A DNA stretch of 64,000 nucleotides, taken from positions 152,752 through 216,751 of the forward strand of contig JAFGPW010000004.1 of NCBI GenBank assembly GCA_016935985.1, given 5' to 3'. The notes beneath the pieces were generated by a model that was not told where the DNA came from, did not search any database, and worked only from the letters and a program-made list of their open reading frames with translations. Source of the stretch: Candidatus Woesearchaeota archaeon (lineage in GTDB: Archaea; Nanobdellota; Nanobdellia; Woesearchaeales; JAFGPW01). Position 1 is the stretch's first letter; the number at the start of each line of letters is the position of its first letter. The translations under genes were made by a program, and so were the position numbers. Below are positions 25,381 through 33,676 of the stretch, in pieces.

Positions 25381-26458
25381 GGAGACCGGGAAGCGGATAC
25401 AGGGCATCGCGAAGGGCATCTACGACGACATCCTCAGGAAGAAGCAGCCCCACGTCGACATGCCGCTGCGCTCTCTCCAGAACGTCACCTACGACCCGAA
25501 GGAGGGGTATTTCCAGCTCGACGGCAAGGTCAAGCAGCGCACGCTCACGGCATCCACCATCAAGACCTTCGCCCAGACGCTGCGCATGATGGCGCTCTCC
25601 AAGGACCTGGTCTCGGCCGATGACATCGCGACGAAGAGGGAGGTCTACTACGTCTCCAAGAACTGGGACGAATGCCGATTCAACGAGCAGGCCGAGTCGG
25701 ACAACGTGATGGACGACATCGAGGCGATGCTCATGATGAACCGCGAGCAGATGGGCTTCATCCCTGAGGAGAAGGGAGGGGCGGTCGCCGGACGGCTCAC
25801 GGTCATCGACAAGGATCCGGAGACGGGAAAAGAGATCAAGATTGATTGCACCAAGATGGGATCGGGCGCGTACTCCATCCCGAACAGCGTCGAGGAGCTG
25901 CAGTTCGAGACCAAGGCCGACTTCATCCTCGCGATCGAGACCGCCGGTATGCACCAACGGCTGGTCAAGCATCTCTTCTGGAAGAAGAAGAACTGTATCC
26001 TCATCTCCCTCGGCGGTGTCCCCACGCGCGCCTGCAGGAGGTTCATCAGGCGCCTCGCCGACGAGCATAGGATCCCGGTCTACGGCTTCGTCGACGGCGA
26101 TATGTACGGCTGGACGAATATCTACCGGACGCTGAAGGTGGGGTCGGGCAACGCCGCGCACATCAACAAGTATTTCTGCGTGCCGCAGGCGAGCCTCTTC
26201 GGCATCACCGCCCAGGACATCGTCGACTACAAGCTGCCGACACACCCTCTGAAGGAGGTCGACATCAAGAGGGGCAAGGACGCGCTCAAGAACGACCCGT
26301 TCATCATCCAGCACAAGGAATGGCAGAAGTGCATCAAGGACCTCATCGCGATGCGGAAGAGGGCGGAGCAGCAGGCTCTCGCCAAGCACGGCCTCAATTT
26401 CGTGATCAGCGATTACTTGCCGGCGAAGCTCGAGAACGACCAGACCTGGCTGCCGTGA
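25346..26458 (+). CDS. top6A: DNA topoisomerase VI subunit A (Spo11 homolog)
   Basis: The Spo11/TopoVIA catalytic Tyr region and a Toprim domain (E..DGD). It overlaps the 3' end of top6B, and the true start may be the Met at 25367. Confidence 0.9.
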   Translation: MRKEREAMTMSEETGKRIQGIAKGIYDDILRKKQPHVDMPLRSLQNVTYDPKEGYFQLDGKVKQRTLTASTIKTFAQTLRMMALSKDLVSADDIATKREVYYVSKNWDECRFNEQAESDNVMDDIEAMLMMNREQMGFIPEEKGGAVAGRLTVIDKDPETGKEIKIDCTKMGSGAYSIPNSVEELQFETKADFILAIETAGMHQRLVKHLFWKKKNCILISLGGVPTRACRRFIRRLADEHRIPVYGFVDGDMYGWTNIYRTLKVGSGNAAHINKYFCVPQASLFGITAQDIVDYKLPTHPLKEVDIKRGKDALKNDPFIIQHKEWQKCIKDLIAMRKRAEQQALAKHGLNFVISDYLPAKLENDQTWLP

Positions 26459-26505
26459 CGGATCCCGGGCAACATTTATAAATGGACCCTGCATCCTCCG
26501 GTCAT

Positions 26506-26618
26506 GGACCTGTAGCCCAGCCTGGATAAGGCGCCGGCCTTCTACGCGAGGATCGGAGCTCTCGGGCTCTCCTTGCAAAGAGAGCCGGAGATCGGGGGTT
26601 CGAATCCCTCCAGGTCCA
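26506..26618 (+). tRNA. tRNA-Arg (UCU) with a ~38-nt intron at the canonical 37/38 position
   Basis: Acceptor GGACCTG/CAGGTCC; anticodon stem CCGGC/GCCGG with loop C-U-UCU-A interrupted by the intron; T-loop TTCGAAT; discriminator A. A TATA box (tttataaa) lies ~30 nt upstream. Confidence 0.7.
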
Positions 26619-26673
26619 TTAACGGCAAATCAAAACTTTTATTAACGTGCATGGTGTTGCCGTGCCTACGAAT

Positions 26674-26799
26674 GCGGGGGTAGCCAAGCGGCTAAGGCGA
26701 TCGGCTGCAGAGCCGGTACCGCGATCGGTACGACGGGTCCTGCGGGACGATGACTGCGCTGATACCGATTATTCGGGGGTTCGAATCCCCCCCCTCGCT
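26674..26799 (+). tRNA. tRNA-Cys (GCA) with a ~53-nt intron at the 37/38 position
   Basis: Acceptor GCGGGGG/CCCTCGC (one G-U pair); anticodon stem ATCGG/CCGAT with loop C-U-GCA-G then the intron; T-loop TTCGAAT; discriminator U, the Cys identity element. An oligo-T tract follows. Confidence 0.65.
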
Positions 26800-26806
26800 T
26801 TTTTCT
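26799..26806 (+). terminator. Oligo-T tract (TTTTTTCTTC) after tRNA-Cys; archaeal-type terminator
   Basis: Poly-T immediately 3' of the tRNA. Confidence 0.4.
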
Positions 26807-26865
26807 TCTCTCTCACTCCATGAGCAACAGATTTAAATAGCACCATCGCGGGTATCACCATCGGG

Positions 26866-28083
26866 ATGGACTGGCATCATCACAAGGAACTGGTCATGCT
26901 GCTCTTGTTCCTCATGGCGGCGTTCGTCCTCAGCGCGCTTGTCGTCATCCTCAAGGTGACCCCCGGTTATCTCGGCCATCTGGTCGCGGAAGGCGGCAAC
27001 ATGACGAGCTTGAACATCAGCCAGCGCGAGCAGGCCGCAAGCTGGGAGGGAGTGTATGGGAACATCAGCGTCGGCGGCAGCGCCATGAGCGTCTCGGTCG
27101 GAGGCGGCGCGATCCAGCGGGTCGACATCGTCACCGCTGACAGCGGATACGCGAACGGCTCATTCAATGTCTATGCCTCCAACCAGTCGAGCCTCGACTT
27201 CGCCTGTCTCGAGCCGGCGGCGCCGTCCGACGTGGACCTCCACCTCGGCGTGGGCGCCGGCAGCCTCGGCTCCGGCACCGGCACCTTCACCGCGCAGGCG
27301 CTCTTCATGGTCTATGGCCAGAACGCGAGCCACCTGCTCAACGCGACCCTCACAAACCCGCCATCGAGCGGGTTCTGGGAAGGCATCATGCGCGACAACA
27401 GCACCGGCAACCTCGTGTTCGTCGGGAAAGTGCTGCCCGCAGGCGTCGCCTACAACGGCGAGACCGTCAACTATCAGCTGCTGCTACCGGTGAGCCCCAG
27501 CGGGAACGACACATACCATTTCTTCCTCGACCAATACGGCTGCACCGAGGAGATCGAGATCGAGCTCGCCGACAACCTCATCTCGTTCGTGTGCAACCCT
27601 ACCGACCCGAACATCTCGGTGGTTCTCGCGCCGATCGACGGCGAGTACGAGTCTGCGCACCACTACGACGACGAGGACCCGATCGACCATTGGAAGGTCT
27701 ACAACCCGGCGCTGCCCGGCTGGGTCGTGCAGGACCTCGCGACGCTCAACAGCTCGATGGGATTCTGGCTCAAGATGAACGCCTCTGACAACCTGACCGT
27801 CACCGGCTCCATGACCGGGAATAAGTTCCAGCCTCTCGGACTCGACTACAACATGGTGGGCTATCCGACGACCGTGCCGATGGCGATTAACCTCTCGCTC
27901 GCGAGCATCGAGAACAACTACACATCGATCCACATGTACAACGCATCTGACACTGCGGACCATTGGAAGGTCTACAACCCGGCGCTGCCCGGCTGGGTCG
28001 TGCAGGACCTCACGCGGACGGTGCCGCACCAAGGGTACTGGATACGCATGAACCAGACCGAGGTCTGGGAGATTATGTGGTGA
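26866..28083 (+). CDS. N-terminally membrane-anchored surface protein with two ~50-aa repeats of the form (S.H.YNA.D.ADHWKVYNPALPGWVVQDL...G(F/Y)W(I/L)(R/K)MN)
   Basis: A TATA box (gatttaaata) ~30 nt upstream, a leaderless ATG, an N-terminal hydrophobic segment MLLLFLMAAFVLSALVVIL, and repeats at aa ~265-315 and ~355-405. Confidence 0.6.
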   Translation: MDWHHHKELVMLLLFLMAAFVLSALVVILKVTPGYLGHLVAEGGNMTSLNISQREQAASWEGVYGNISVGGSAMSVSVGGGAIQRVDIVTADSGYANGSFNVYASNQSSLDFACLEPAAPSDVDLHLGVGAGSLGSGTGTFTAQALFMVYGQNASHLLNATLTNPPSSGFWEGIMRDNSTGNLVFVGKVLPAGVAYNGETVNYQLLLPVSPSGNDTYHFFLDQYGCTEEIEIELADNLISFVCNPTDPNISVVLAPIDGEYESAHHYDDEDPIDHWKVYNPALPGWVVQDLATLNSSMGFWLKMNASDNLTVTGSMTGNKFQPLGLDYNMVGYPTTVPMAINLSLASIENNYTSIHMYNASDTADHWKVYNPALPGWVVQDLTRTVPHQGYWIRMNQTEVWEIMW

Positions 28084-28086
28084 GTA

Positions 28087-28898
28087 TGAGAACGGCCCTG
28101 TCACGCATCGGCATCTGCATCCTTCTCATGCTTGCAGCGACCGGGATGACGCAGGCCACTGACACACCAATCCTCTCGGCAGAGCTGTATGGCACCCTAA
28201 CGATCAACGGCGAGGACGCTCCGATCGGCGCTGAGGTCGTGGTCACTGACCCCTCGGGCACGGTCTGCGGCAGGTTCACGGTCGAGACGATCGGCAGGTA
28301 TGGGCTGCTTTCGTGCCATGGCGACATCGGAACGACGCCCGAGGATGAGGGGGCGGTTCCGGGAGAGACGCTGAGCTTCGCCGTCGAGGGAACGGTTGCC
28401 GTCCCGGCAGCGCCGGTCGCGTACGCTGCAGGCGAATTCATCGAGGTCGGCATCGCCGCCGACATCCCTGGCTATTGGGACGTGCCAGCCGTTCCATCGG
28501 ACCGGTCTCCGGAAGAGAAGGAAGACGGCGACAGCGTCGGCAGGGGGGCGCCTTCGGGGAGCGTGCCCTTTCCACGGGAGCGGCAGATCGGCGGCACTGT
28601 TCCAAGCGATGAGAATCGCTCGGATTTTGAGATCCTCCTCGAGAGCGGTGGGGTTGCGACCGAAGAGCCGCGCGCGGTGGAGGGCGAGTCAGGCCTCGAT
28701 TTCTCGATCCTCAAGCTCTTCGGCCAGGACAAGGAAGGCAAGAGCAGGAACCCGTTCAGGGATCCGTTCGCCGGGCTCTGGATCCCGCTCATCCTCAGTT
28801 TCGCAATCCTGGTGATCTATCTGGTCGCACGGATGGTCCGTCTCGAGCGGCGACTCAGGCGGAAAGAGAGGGAATCCGAAGCGCGCACGCTCGAGTAG
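28087..28898 (+). CDS. Secreted, C-terminally membrane-anchored surface protein carrying a shared ~100-aa N-terminal module (paralog of the 30218 and 30736 genes)
   Basis: A Sec signal (cleavage after TQA), the module LYGTLTINGEDAP..GRFTVETIGRYGLLSCHGD..EDEGAVPGE, and a C-terminal TM helix plus R/K-rich tail. Confidence 0.6.
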
Positions 28899-28962
28899 CC
28901 GTCGCATCTCTCCATTGTCGTCTTTTCAGACCGAAAGGTATAAATAGGAGCGAATCCACTTT

Positions 28963-28975
28963 TCTGATTATCAGA
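28963..28975. repeat. 13-bp perfect palindrome TCTGATtATCAGA (operator-like site 1), just downstream of a TATA-like ggtataaatagg at 28938-28949
   Basis: Read directly from the sequence. Confidence 0.6.
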
Positions 28976-29026
28976 TATTAATTTAGAAAGAGTAATAAAA
29001 TTTCGTATAATCATATTTAAAAATAT

Positions 29027-29061
29027 ATTATCAGATATTATCTCTGATTATCAGAATATAT
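29027..29061. promoter_or_regulatory. Operator-like array ATTATCAGATATTAtctcTCTGATtATCAGAATATATT; the second TCTGATtATCAGA palindrome abuts a TATA-like aatatatt upstream of the AbrB-like gene
   Basis: Half-site ATCAGA occurs three times and TCTGAT twice within 28963-29055. The array overlaps the core promoter of the 29108 gene. Confidence 0.5.
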
Positions 29062-29107
29062 TCCTAGGTATGGACCAGGAAAAGAAGCGAAAAAAAGAGG
29101 CGCCCAG

Positions 29108-29398
29108 GTGAAGAGGTATCCCCGTATTGTCCAGAGCGACAGACGCGGCCAGATCGTCATCCCAAAGGACATCAGGGCAGAGCTCGGCATCGAGGAAGGA
29201 TCCGGATTCTGGGTCTACGCGATAGAGGGCGAAGGGATCCTTCTCAGGAAGATCGATGACGAGGAGCTCTCCGAAGACAACCCGGTCGTCAGGAAGCTGA
29301 AGGAGAAATCCGACAAGACATCCCTTTCTTATAAGAAGATCGACGCGACCGTGAAGCGGTACAAGCGGACGAGGAAGGGAAACCTCGAGGTGGTATGA
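29108..29398 (+). CDS. AbrB/MazE/SpoVT-family (swapped-hairpin) DNA-binding transcriptional regulator, 96 aa
   Basis: The N-terminal motif RRGQIVIPKDIRAELGIEEGSGFWVYAIEGEGILLRKI is typical of SpoVT/AbrB domains. The gene has a GTG start and a K/R-rich C-terminal tail. Confidence 0.6.
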   Translation: MKRYPRIVQSDRRGQIVIPKDIRAELGIEEGSGFWVYAIEGEGILLRKIDDEELSEDNPVVRKLKEKSDKTSLSYKKIDATVKRYKRTRKGNLEVV

Positions 29399-30049
29399 GT
29401 GCGGCCTCTCCTGCTCATCACGATCATGCTCCTCATCACCGCCTGCGCCGCCAGCGTCGCTCTCAGCCAGGGCCTTCCGCTCGGCGTATCCCTCTTCATT
29501 ATTGGCGCGAACCAGACCGAATTCGACTTCGATCTCGACTGGAACCTCGCCTCGCTCCAGATCATCCCCAACGACACGAACGTCTCACGCATGCTCACGC
29601 CCATCCTCGGCAAGTACATCTCGGTCCATTACTACAACGCGACCGACATGGCGGACCACTGGAAGGTCTACAACCCGAGCCTGCCAATATGGGTCACCCA
29701 GGACCTCACGAATCTCGATGAGAAGAAGGGATTCTGGATACGGATCAACGAGTCGGTCAACCTGACCGTCAACGGATCGCAGAACTCATACAACGATATC
29801 CCGATACAGCCCGACTGGAACATGGTCGGCTACCCATCCCTCTTCAAGAGGAACGTTACGGTCGCGCTCACATCAATCTGGGGGAATTTCAGCTCAGTCC
29901 ATATGTACAACGCGACCGACATGGCGGACCACTGGAAGGTCTACAACCCGGCGCTGCCCGACTGGGTCGTGCAGGACCTCCTTTGGTTGGTTCCCAAACA
30001 CGGCTACTGGATAAGAGGAAACGACACGGACACATGGAGGGTGGAATAG
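29399..30049 (+). CDS. Secreted protein with two DHWKVYNP(A/S)LPxWVxQDL repeats and multiple N-x-S/T sequons
   Basis: A GTG start gives the signal peptide MRPLLLITIMLLITACAASVALS. Repeats occur at aa ~75-125 and ~160-210. Confidence 0.55.
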   Translation: MRPLLLITIMLLITACAASVALSQGLPLGVSLFIIGANQTEFDFDLDWNLASLQIIPNDTNVSRMLTPILGKYISVHYYNATDMADHWKVYNPSLPIWVTQDLTNLDEKKGFWIRINESVNLTVNGSQNSYNDIPIQPDWNMVGYPSLFKRNVTVALTSIWGNFSSVHMYNATDMADHWKVYNPALPDWVVQDLLWLVPKHGYWIRGNDTDTWRVE

Positions 30050-30217
30050 GTGAGATGATGGGGCGCTCCTGAAACTGCAGGATGAGGGATTCCTCGCGGT
30101 TGCAATCGGCCTCGTCGCTGCAGTGGCGTGCGCTGTGCCCCCAATCCCTAGGGAGATGTACCGGCAAGCCGCCGAGGAAGATGGATATGATGGTGAGAGC
30201 ACATGAGAGATGACCAC

Positions 30218-30739
30218 ATGAGCAAAGCAGTGGCCCTGCTGGCGATCGCGCTCCTCGCGGCTCCTGCAGCGGCCGCGGTGCCGCCGATAGCGATGGAGAT
30301 TTATGGCGGGATCACGATCGACGGCGAGGACGCGATCGAAGGGATCCTCGTAGAGGCGTACGGCGAGGACGGCCGGCTCTGCGGCCGGTTCGTCGTCGAA
30401 GTGCCGGGAAAATACGGCCTGCTCTCCTGCAATGCCGACGATCCCGACACCGAGGAGGACGAGGGAGCGTCGCCGGGCGAGGCGATCGTGTTCAGGATCA
30501 ATCGGCAGGCGGCCGTCGCTGAGCGGCAGGTCCTCTTCGAGGCAGGAGAGTTCGCTGAGGTGAGGCTTGCCGCGTCGCTCCCTGACGGCCAGCAGCCGTT
30601 TATGGAGGTGCCGGCAGACGATGAGGGCGGCGCGCCATGGAAGACCATCTTCGTCGCGATCATCGTCGTCCTCGCCCTCATCGTATGGAACAAGCGGCTC
30701 GAGCTCCGGATAAAGGATCTCACCAGGAAACGCGAATGA
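30218..30739 (+). CDS. Secreted, C-terminally anchored protein carrying the shared N-terminal module (IYGGITIDGEDA..GRFVVEVPGKYGLLSCNAD..EDEGASPGE)
   Basis: Signal peptide MSKAVALLAIALLAAPAAAA; a C-terminal TM helix plus a basic tail; the stop overlaps the next start (ATGA). Confidence 0.6.
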   Translation: MSKAVALLAIALLAAPAAAAVPPIAMEIYGGITIDGEDAIEGILVEAYGEDGRLCGRFVVEVPGKYGLLSCNADDPDTEEDEGASPGEAIVFRINRQAAVAERQVLFEAGEFAEVRLAASLPDGQQPFMEVPADDEGGAPWKTIFVAIIVVLALIVWNKRLELRIKDLTRKRE

Positions 30740-33666
30740 GGAAGAGCAGCTCACAGCGGACCGTGCAGGCGATCTTGGTAGCAGTCGCCCTCATCATGGT
30801 CATGCGTCTCGCCTCGGCGGTGCCGCCGATACCTGCGTCCTTCTCAGGAACGCTCACCATCGACGGCGCGAACGCGCCTCCCGGCACGAACGTATCGGCG
30901 TTCGACCCCGACGGCGTGATGTGCGGCCAGTTCATCTCCACTGTCGTCGGCTTCTACGGCCTGCTCGACTGCGAGGGCGACGACACGGACACCGGCCCTG
31001 ATGAGGGAGCCGAGGACGGCGACACGATAACATTCTACGTCGACGGCGACCTCGCGGACGCCGTCGGGAGCACGACCTGGACCGCAGGAGGGTTCCCGGT
31101 GGCGAACCTGAACGCGCAGAACGACCCGCCGACGATTTCGTCGATATCCGGGCTCTCGGGGACCGTGCCGGCAGGCTCCCTGCAGACCGTCGACTCGGTG
31201 ACGAGCGACCCGAACCCGACCTTCGGGACTAAGGACCAGGTGCGGCTCATCATCTGCACGACGAACTCCGCGTCTGACGGCTCCGGCTGCGACGCCGCGA
31301 CCGTCTGTAGCGGCGCGCTCGCCGCCGACGACCCGAGCTGCTCATTCAACGTCGAAGGCAGCACCGGCTCCTGGACGCGCTACGTCTTCGCCATGGACGA
31401 GCACGACGAGGTCTCGCTCTCATCGCGGCAGCTCACCTATTCGACCGACGGATCGCCGCCCTCGATCACGGGCATCACGCCGACGAACAACTCCTGGCAG
31501 AACGCGACCCCGCTCCCGCTCAACGTCAACACCGACGAGAACGGCTGGTGCAAGTACGACTTCGCCGTGGGGATCGCGTTCGCGGCTAAGGCGAACCTCA
31601 TGACCGGCGGCGGGTCATCGGCCCACGATGGCAACGTCGCGCTCGCGCCGGGGAACAACGATTTCTACATCCAGTGCAACGACACTTTCGGCAACGTCAT
31701 GGCGCTCGCCGACGAGGTCCACCACCGCCTCCGGTACGATGACGCTAACCCCACCTCCGGCGGCGCGACCGTGTGGATCGACGGCGGCGACCCGAACAGC
31801 ACGATCGGGAACGTCTACGTCAACTGGACTGGCTTCACCGACGCGCAGTCGGGCATCATGGGCTACTACTACAACACCGCCAACAACCAAGGAACGATCG
31901 GCGGGACCTACACCGCGAACACCTTCGCGAGCATGGCCCTGCCTGAGGGCGCGGCGCCCGCGGTCTACGTCTGGCCGATTGACATTTCCTATCGCATCGG
32001 AAACGCCGCGTCAGACACCATCATGGTCGACCTTACCCCACCCACCCTCTCCAATTGGGCGGAATCGCCGCCTGACCTCAACTCGAGCTCACCCGAGAAC
32101 TTCACCGTGTCGGTGACCGCGGCAGATGCGGTCTCAGGCCTCAACGGCAGCCCCCAGCTGCGGTACCGCAGGGGGAGCTACGACTCCTCATACACCTCCT
32201 GGCAGACGATGTCAGGCGCCGGCCCCTCTTACAGCCATACCATCCCGCAGCCGACCGGCGGCTGGTTCACGATCATCGACGAGTATGTCTATTACCAGGT
32301 CAGGGTCTGGGACCGCGTCGGTTGGAACCAGACGACCGGCATCCTCTCCGAGCGCGTGAACCGCATGAACTACCCGCCGGTCTTCGACGCGATCGGCAAC
32401 AAGGTCGCCCAGGAGGACGAGCTCATCTGGTTCTATATCCATGCTGCCGACAACGACAACGACACGCTCGCCTTCACGAGCAACCTCTCCGTCCTTTCCA
32501 TCGCCACTGTGAATCGGACCACCGCGAACGTCAGCTGGACGCCCGGCTACGCGTACAACGGCGACAACCATATCTATTTCACCGCGGATGACGGGACCGT
32601 CGCCGTGAACTCCTCGACGGTCAACATCTGGGTGAACGCGACGAACGATGCCCCTGTGCTCGCAACGATCGCTGACCAGACCGTCTACGTGCACGAGGAG
32701 CTGAGCATCCAGGCCATGGCGACCGATGAGGACAACGAGACGATCACCTATCATCAGGATCCCGGCTCGAGGAGCGTCTTCAGAATCGATCCGGCGACAG
32801 GGTGGATCAACTTCACCGCGCTCCTCGGCTATGTCGGACGCCGGAACGTCACCATCTACGCCTCCGACGGGAAGGTCAACGACTCCGAGAACTTCACGCT
32901 CACAATCTACTACTGCGGAGATGACATCTGCAACACGAACGAGAACTGCTCGTCCTGCCCGCAGGACTGCGGCAGCTGCAGCTCCCAGCGCCCTGACCGG
33001 CTCGCCATTGTCATCCAGCCGCGCAACTGCCTGAACCAGACCATGCTCATCAAGGTGTATGACATGACGGTGCGTGCGAACTGCACGACGATGGGGCTGA
33101 TCTATGAGGGCTATGAGGTGTGCGGCAACCTGAGCGATGTCGGGCTCACCATCTCCATCAAGGACGAGGGAACCGGCACCTACAACGAGAGCGCGGAGCT
33201 CTCCACCGACGATCTCGGCGAGGCGACATTCACGCCGATGATCCCCGGCCACTATCGGATCGTCGCGAAGAAGTCGGACTATCCCGACACCCTGATGCAC
33301 TTCGAGGCCGACTACTGCTACGCCAACGAGACGCTCAACGAGACGACGGCGCCGGCGGCCGTGAACCAGACCGGCGAGCCCACGACGGAGCCCGCCACGA
33401 AGCCGCCGGAGACCGAGGGGCCGGAGGAGGTTCTCCCCAAAGAGGAGACGAGCCTCTTCCTCTTCATCCTGTACTATGTCATCATCCCGATACTCCTCCT
33501 CTCGCTCTTCACCGCGAGCGCCTGGTACTACCAGAAGGAGAAGGACAACAGCATCGCGATCCTGAAGGCTCGGATATCGGTGAAGCGCCAGTACCTCGTG
33601 CTCGCGAAGTACGCCGAGTACTACTGGCACCTGCTCCTCGAGAGGATCGGGCTCGGCAAGAAATGA
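30736..33666 (+). CDS. Large (976 aa) secreted surface protein: shared N-terminal module, a long beta-rich N-glycosylation-rich region, a Cys-rich segment (YYCGDDICNTNENCSSCPQDCGSCSS), a Thr/Pro-rich stalk, and a C-terminal TM anchor
   Basis: Signal peptide cleavage after ASA; the shared module FSGTLTIDGANAP..GQFISTVVGFYGLLDCEGD..PDEGAEDGD; C-terminal LFLFILYYVIIPILLLSLFTASAWYY. Confidence 0.65.
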   Translation: MRKSSSQRTVQAILVAVALIMVMRLASAVPPIPASFSGTLTIDGANAPPGTNVSAFDPDGVMCGQFISTVVGFYGLLDCEGDDTDTGPDEGAEDGDTITFYVDGDLADAVGSTTWTAGGFPVANLNAQNDPPTISSISGLSGTVPAGSLQTVDSVTSDPNPTFGTKDQVRLIICTTNSASDGSGCDAATVCSGALAADDPSCSFNVEGSTGSWTRYVFAMDEHDEVSLSSRQLTYSTDGSPPSITGITPTNNSWQNATPLPLNVNTDENGWCKYDFAVGIAFAAKANLMTGGGSSAHDGNVALAPGNNDFYIQCNDTFGNVMALADEVHHRLRYDDANPTSGGATVWIDGGDPNSTIGNVYVNWTGFTDAQSGIMGYYYNTANNQGTIGGTYTANTFASMALPEGAAPAVYVWPIDISYRIGNAASDTIMVDLTPPTLSNWAESPPDLNSSSPENFTVSVTAADAVSGLNGSPQLRYRRGSYDSSYTSWQTMSGAGPSYSHTIPQPTGGWFTIIDEYVYYQVRVWDRVGWNQTTGILSERVNRMNYPPVFDAIGNKVAQEDELIWFYIHAADNDNDTLAFTSNLSVLSIATVNRTTANVSWTPGYAYNGDNHIYFTADDGTVAVNSSTVNIWVNATNDAPVLATIADQTVYVHEELSIQAMATDEDNETITYHQDPGSRSVFRIDPATGWINFTALLGYVGRRNVTIYASDGKVNDSENFTLTIYYCGDDICNTNENCSSCPQDCGSCSSQRPDRLAIVIQPRNCLNQTMLIKVYDMTVRANCTTMGLIYEGYEVCGNLSDVGLTISIKDEGTGTYNESAELSTDDLGEATFTPMIPGHYRIVAKKSDYPDTLMHFEADYCYANETLNETTAPAAVNQTGEPTTEPATKPPETEGPEEVLPKEETSLFLFILYYVIIPILLLSLFTASAWYYQKEKDNSIAILKARISVKRQYLVLAKYAEYYWHLLLERIGLGKK

Positions 33667-33676
33667 GCATGGAAGC

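Noticed and set aside
26506-26618. Possible CUA-anticodon (pyrrolysine-like) tRNA
   Set aside because: Reading CGGCC as the anticodon stem gives a CUA anticodon but no complementary 3' strand. Shifting by one (CCGGC/GCCGG) gives a perfect stem, U33, anticodon UCU and a canonical 37/38 intron, so this is tRNA-Arg.
26718-26765. A C/D box sRNA encoded in the tRNA-Cys intron (GATGA and CTGA words present)
   Set aside because: The words sit in the wrong order and spacing. No C/C' and D/D' pairs with 10-12-nt guides can be drawn, and the intron is too short.
30050-30202. A C/D box sRNA in the 153-nt spacer between surface genes (ATGATGg ... CTGA ... gGATGAg)
   Set aside because: The box sequences are imperfect, the guide region between C and D' is only 7 nt, and no terminal D box with a closing stem is present.
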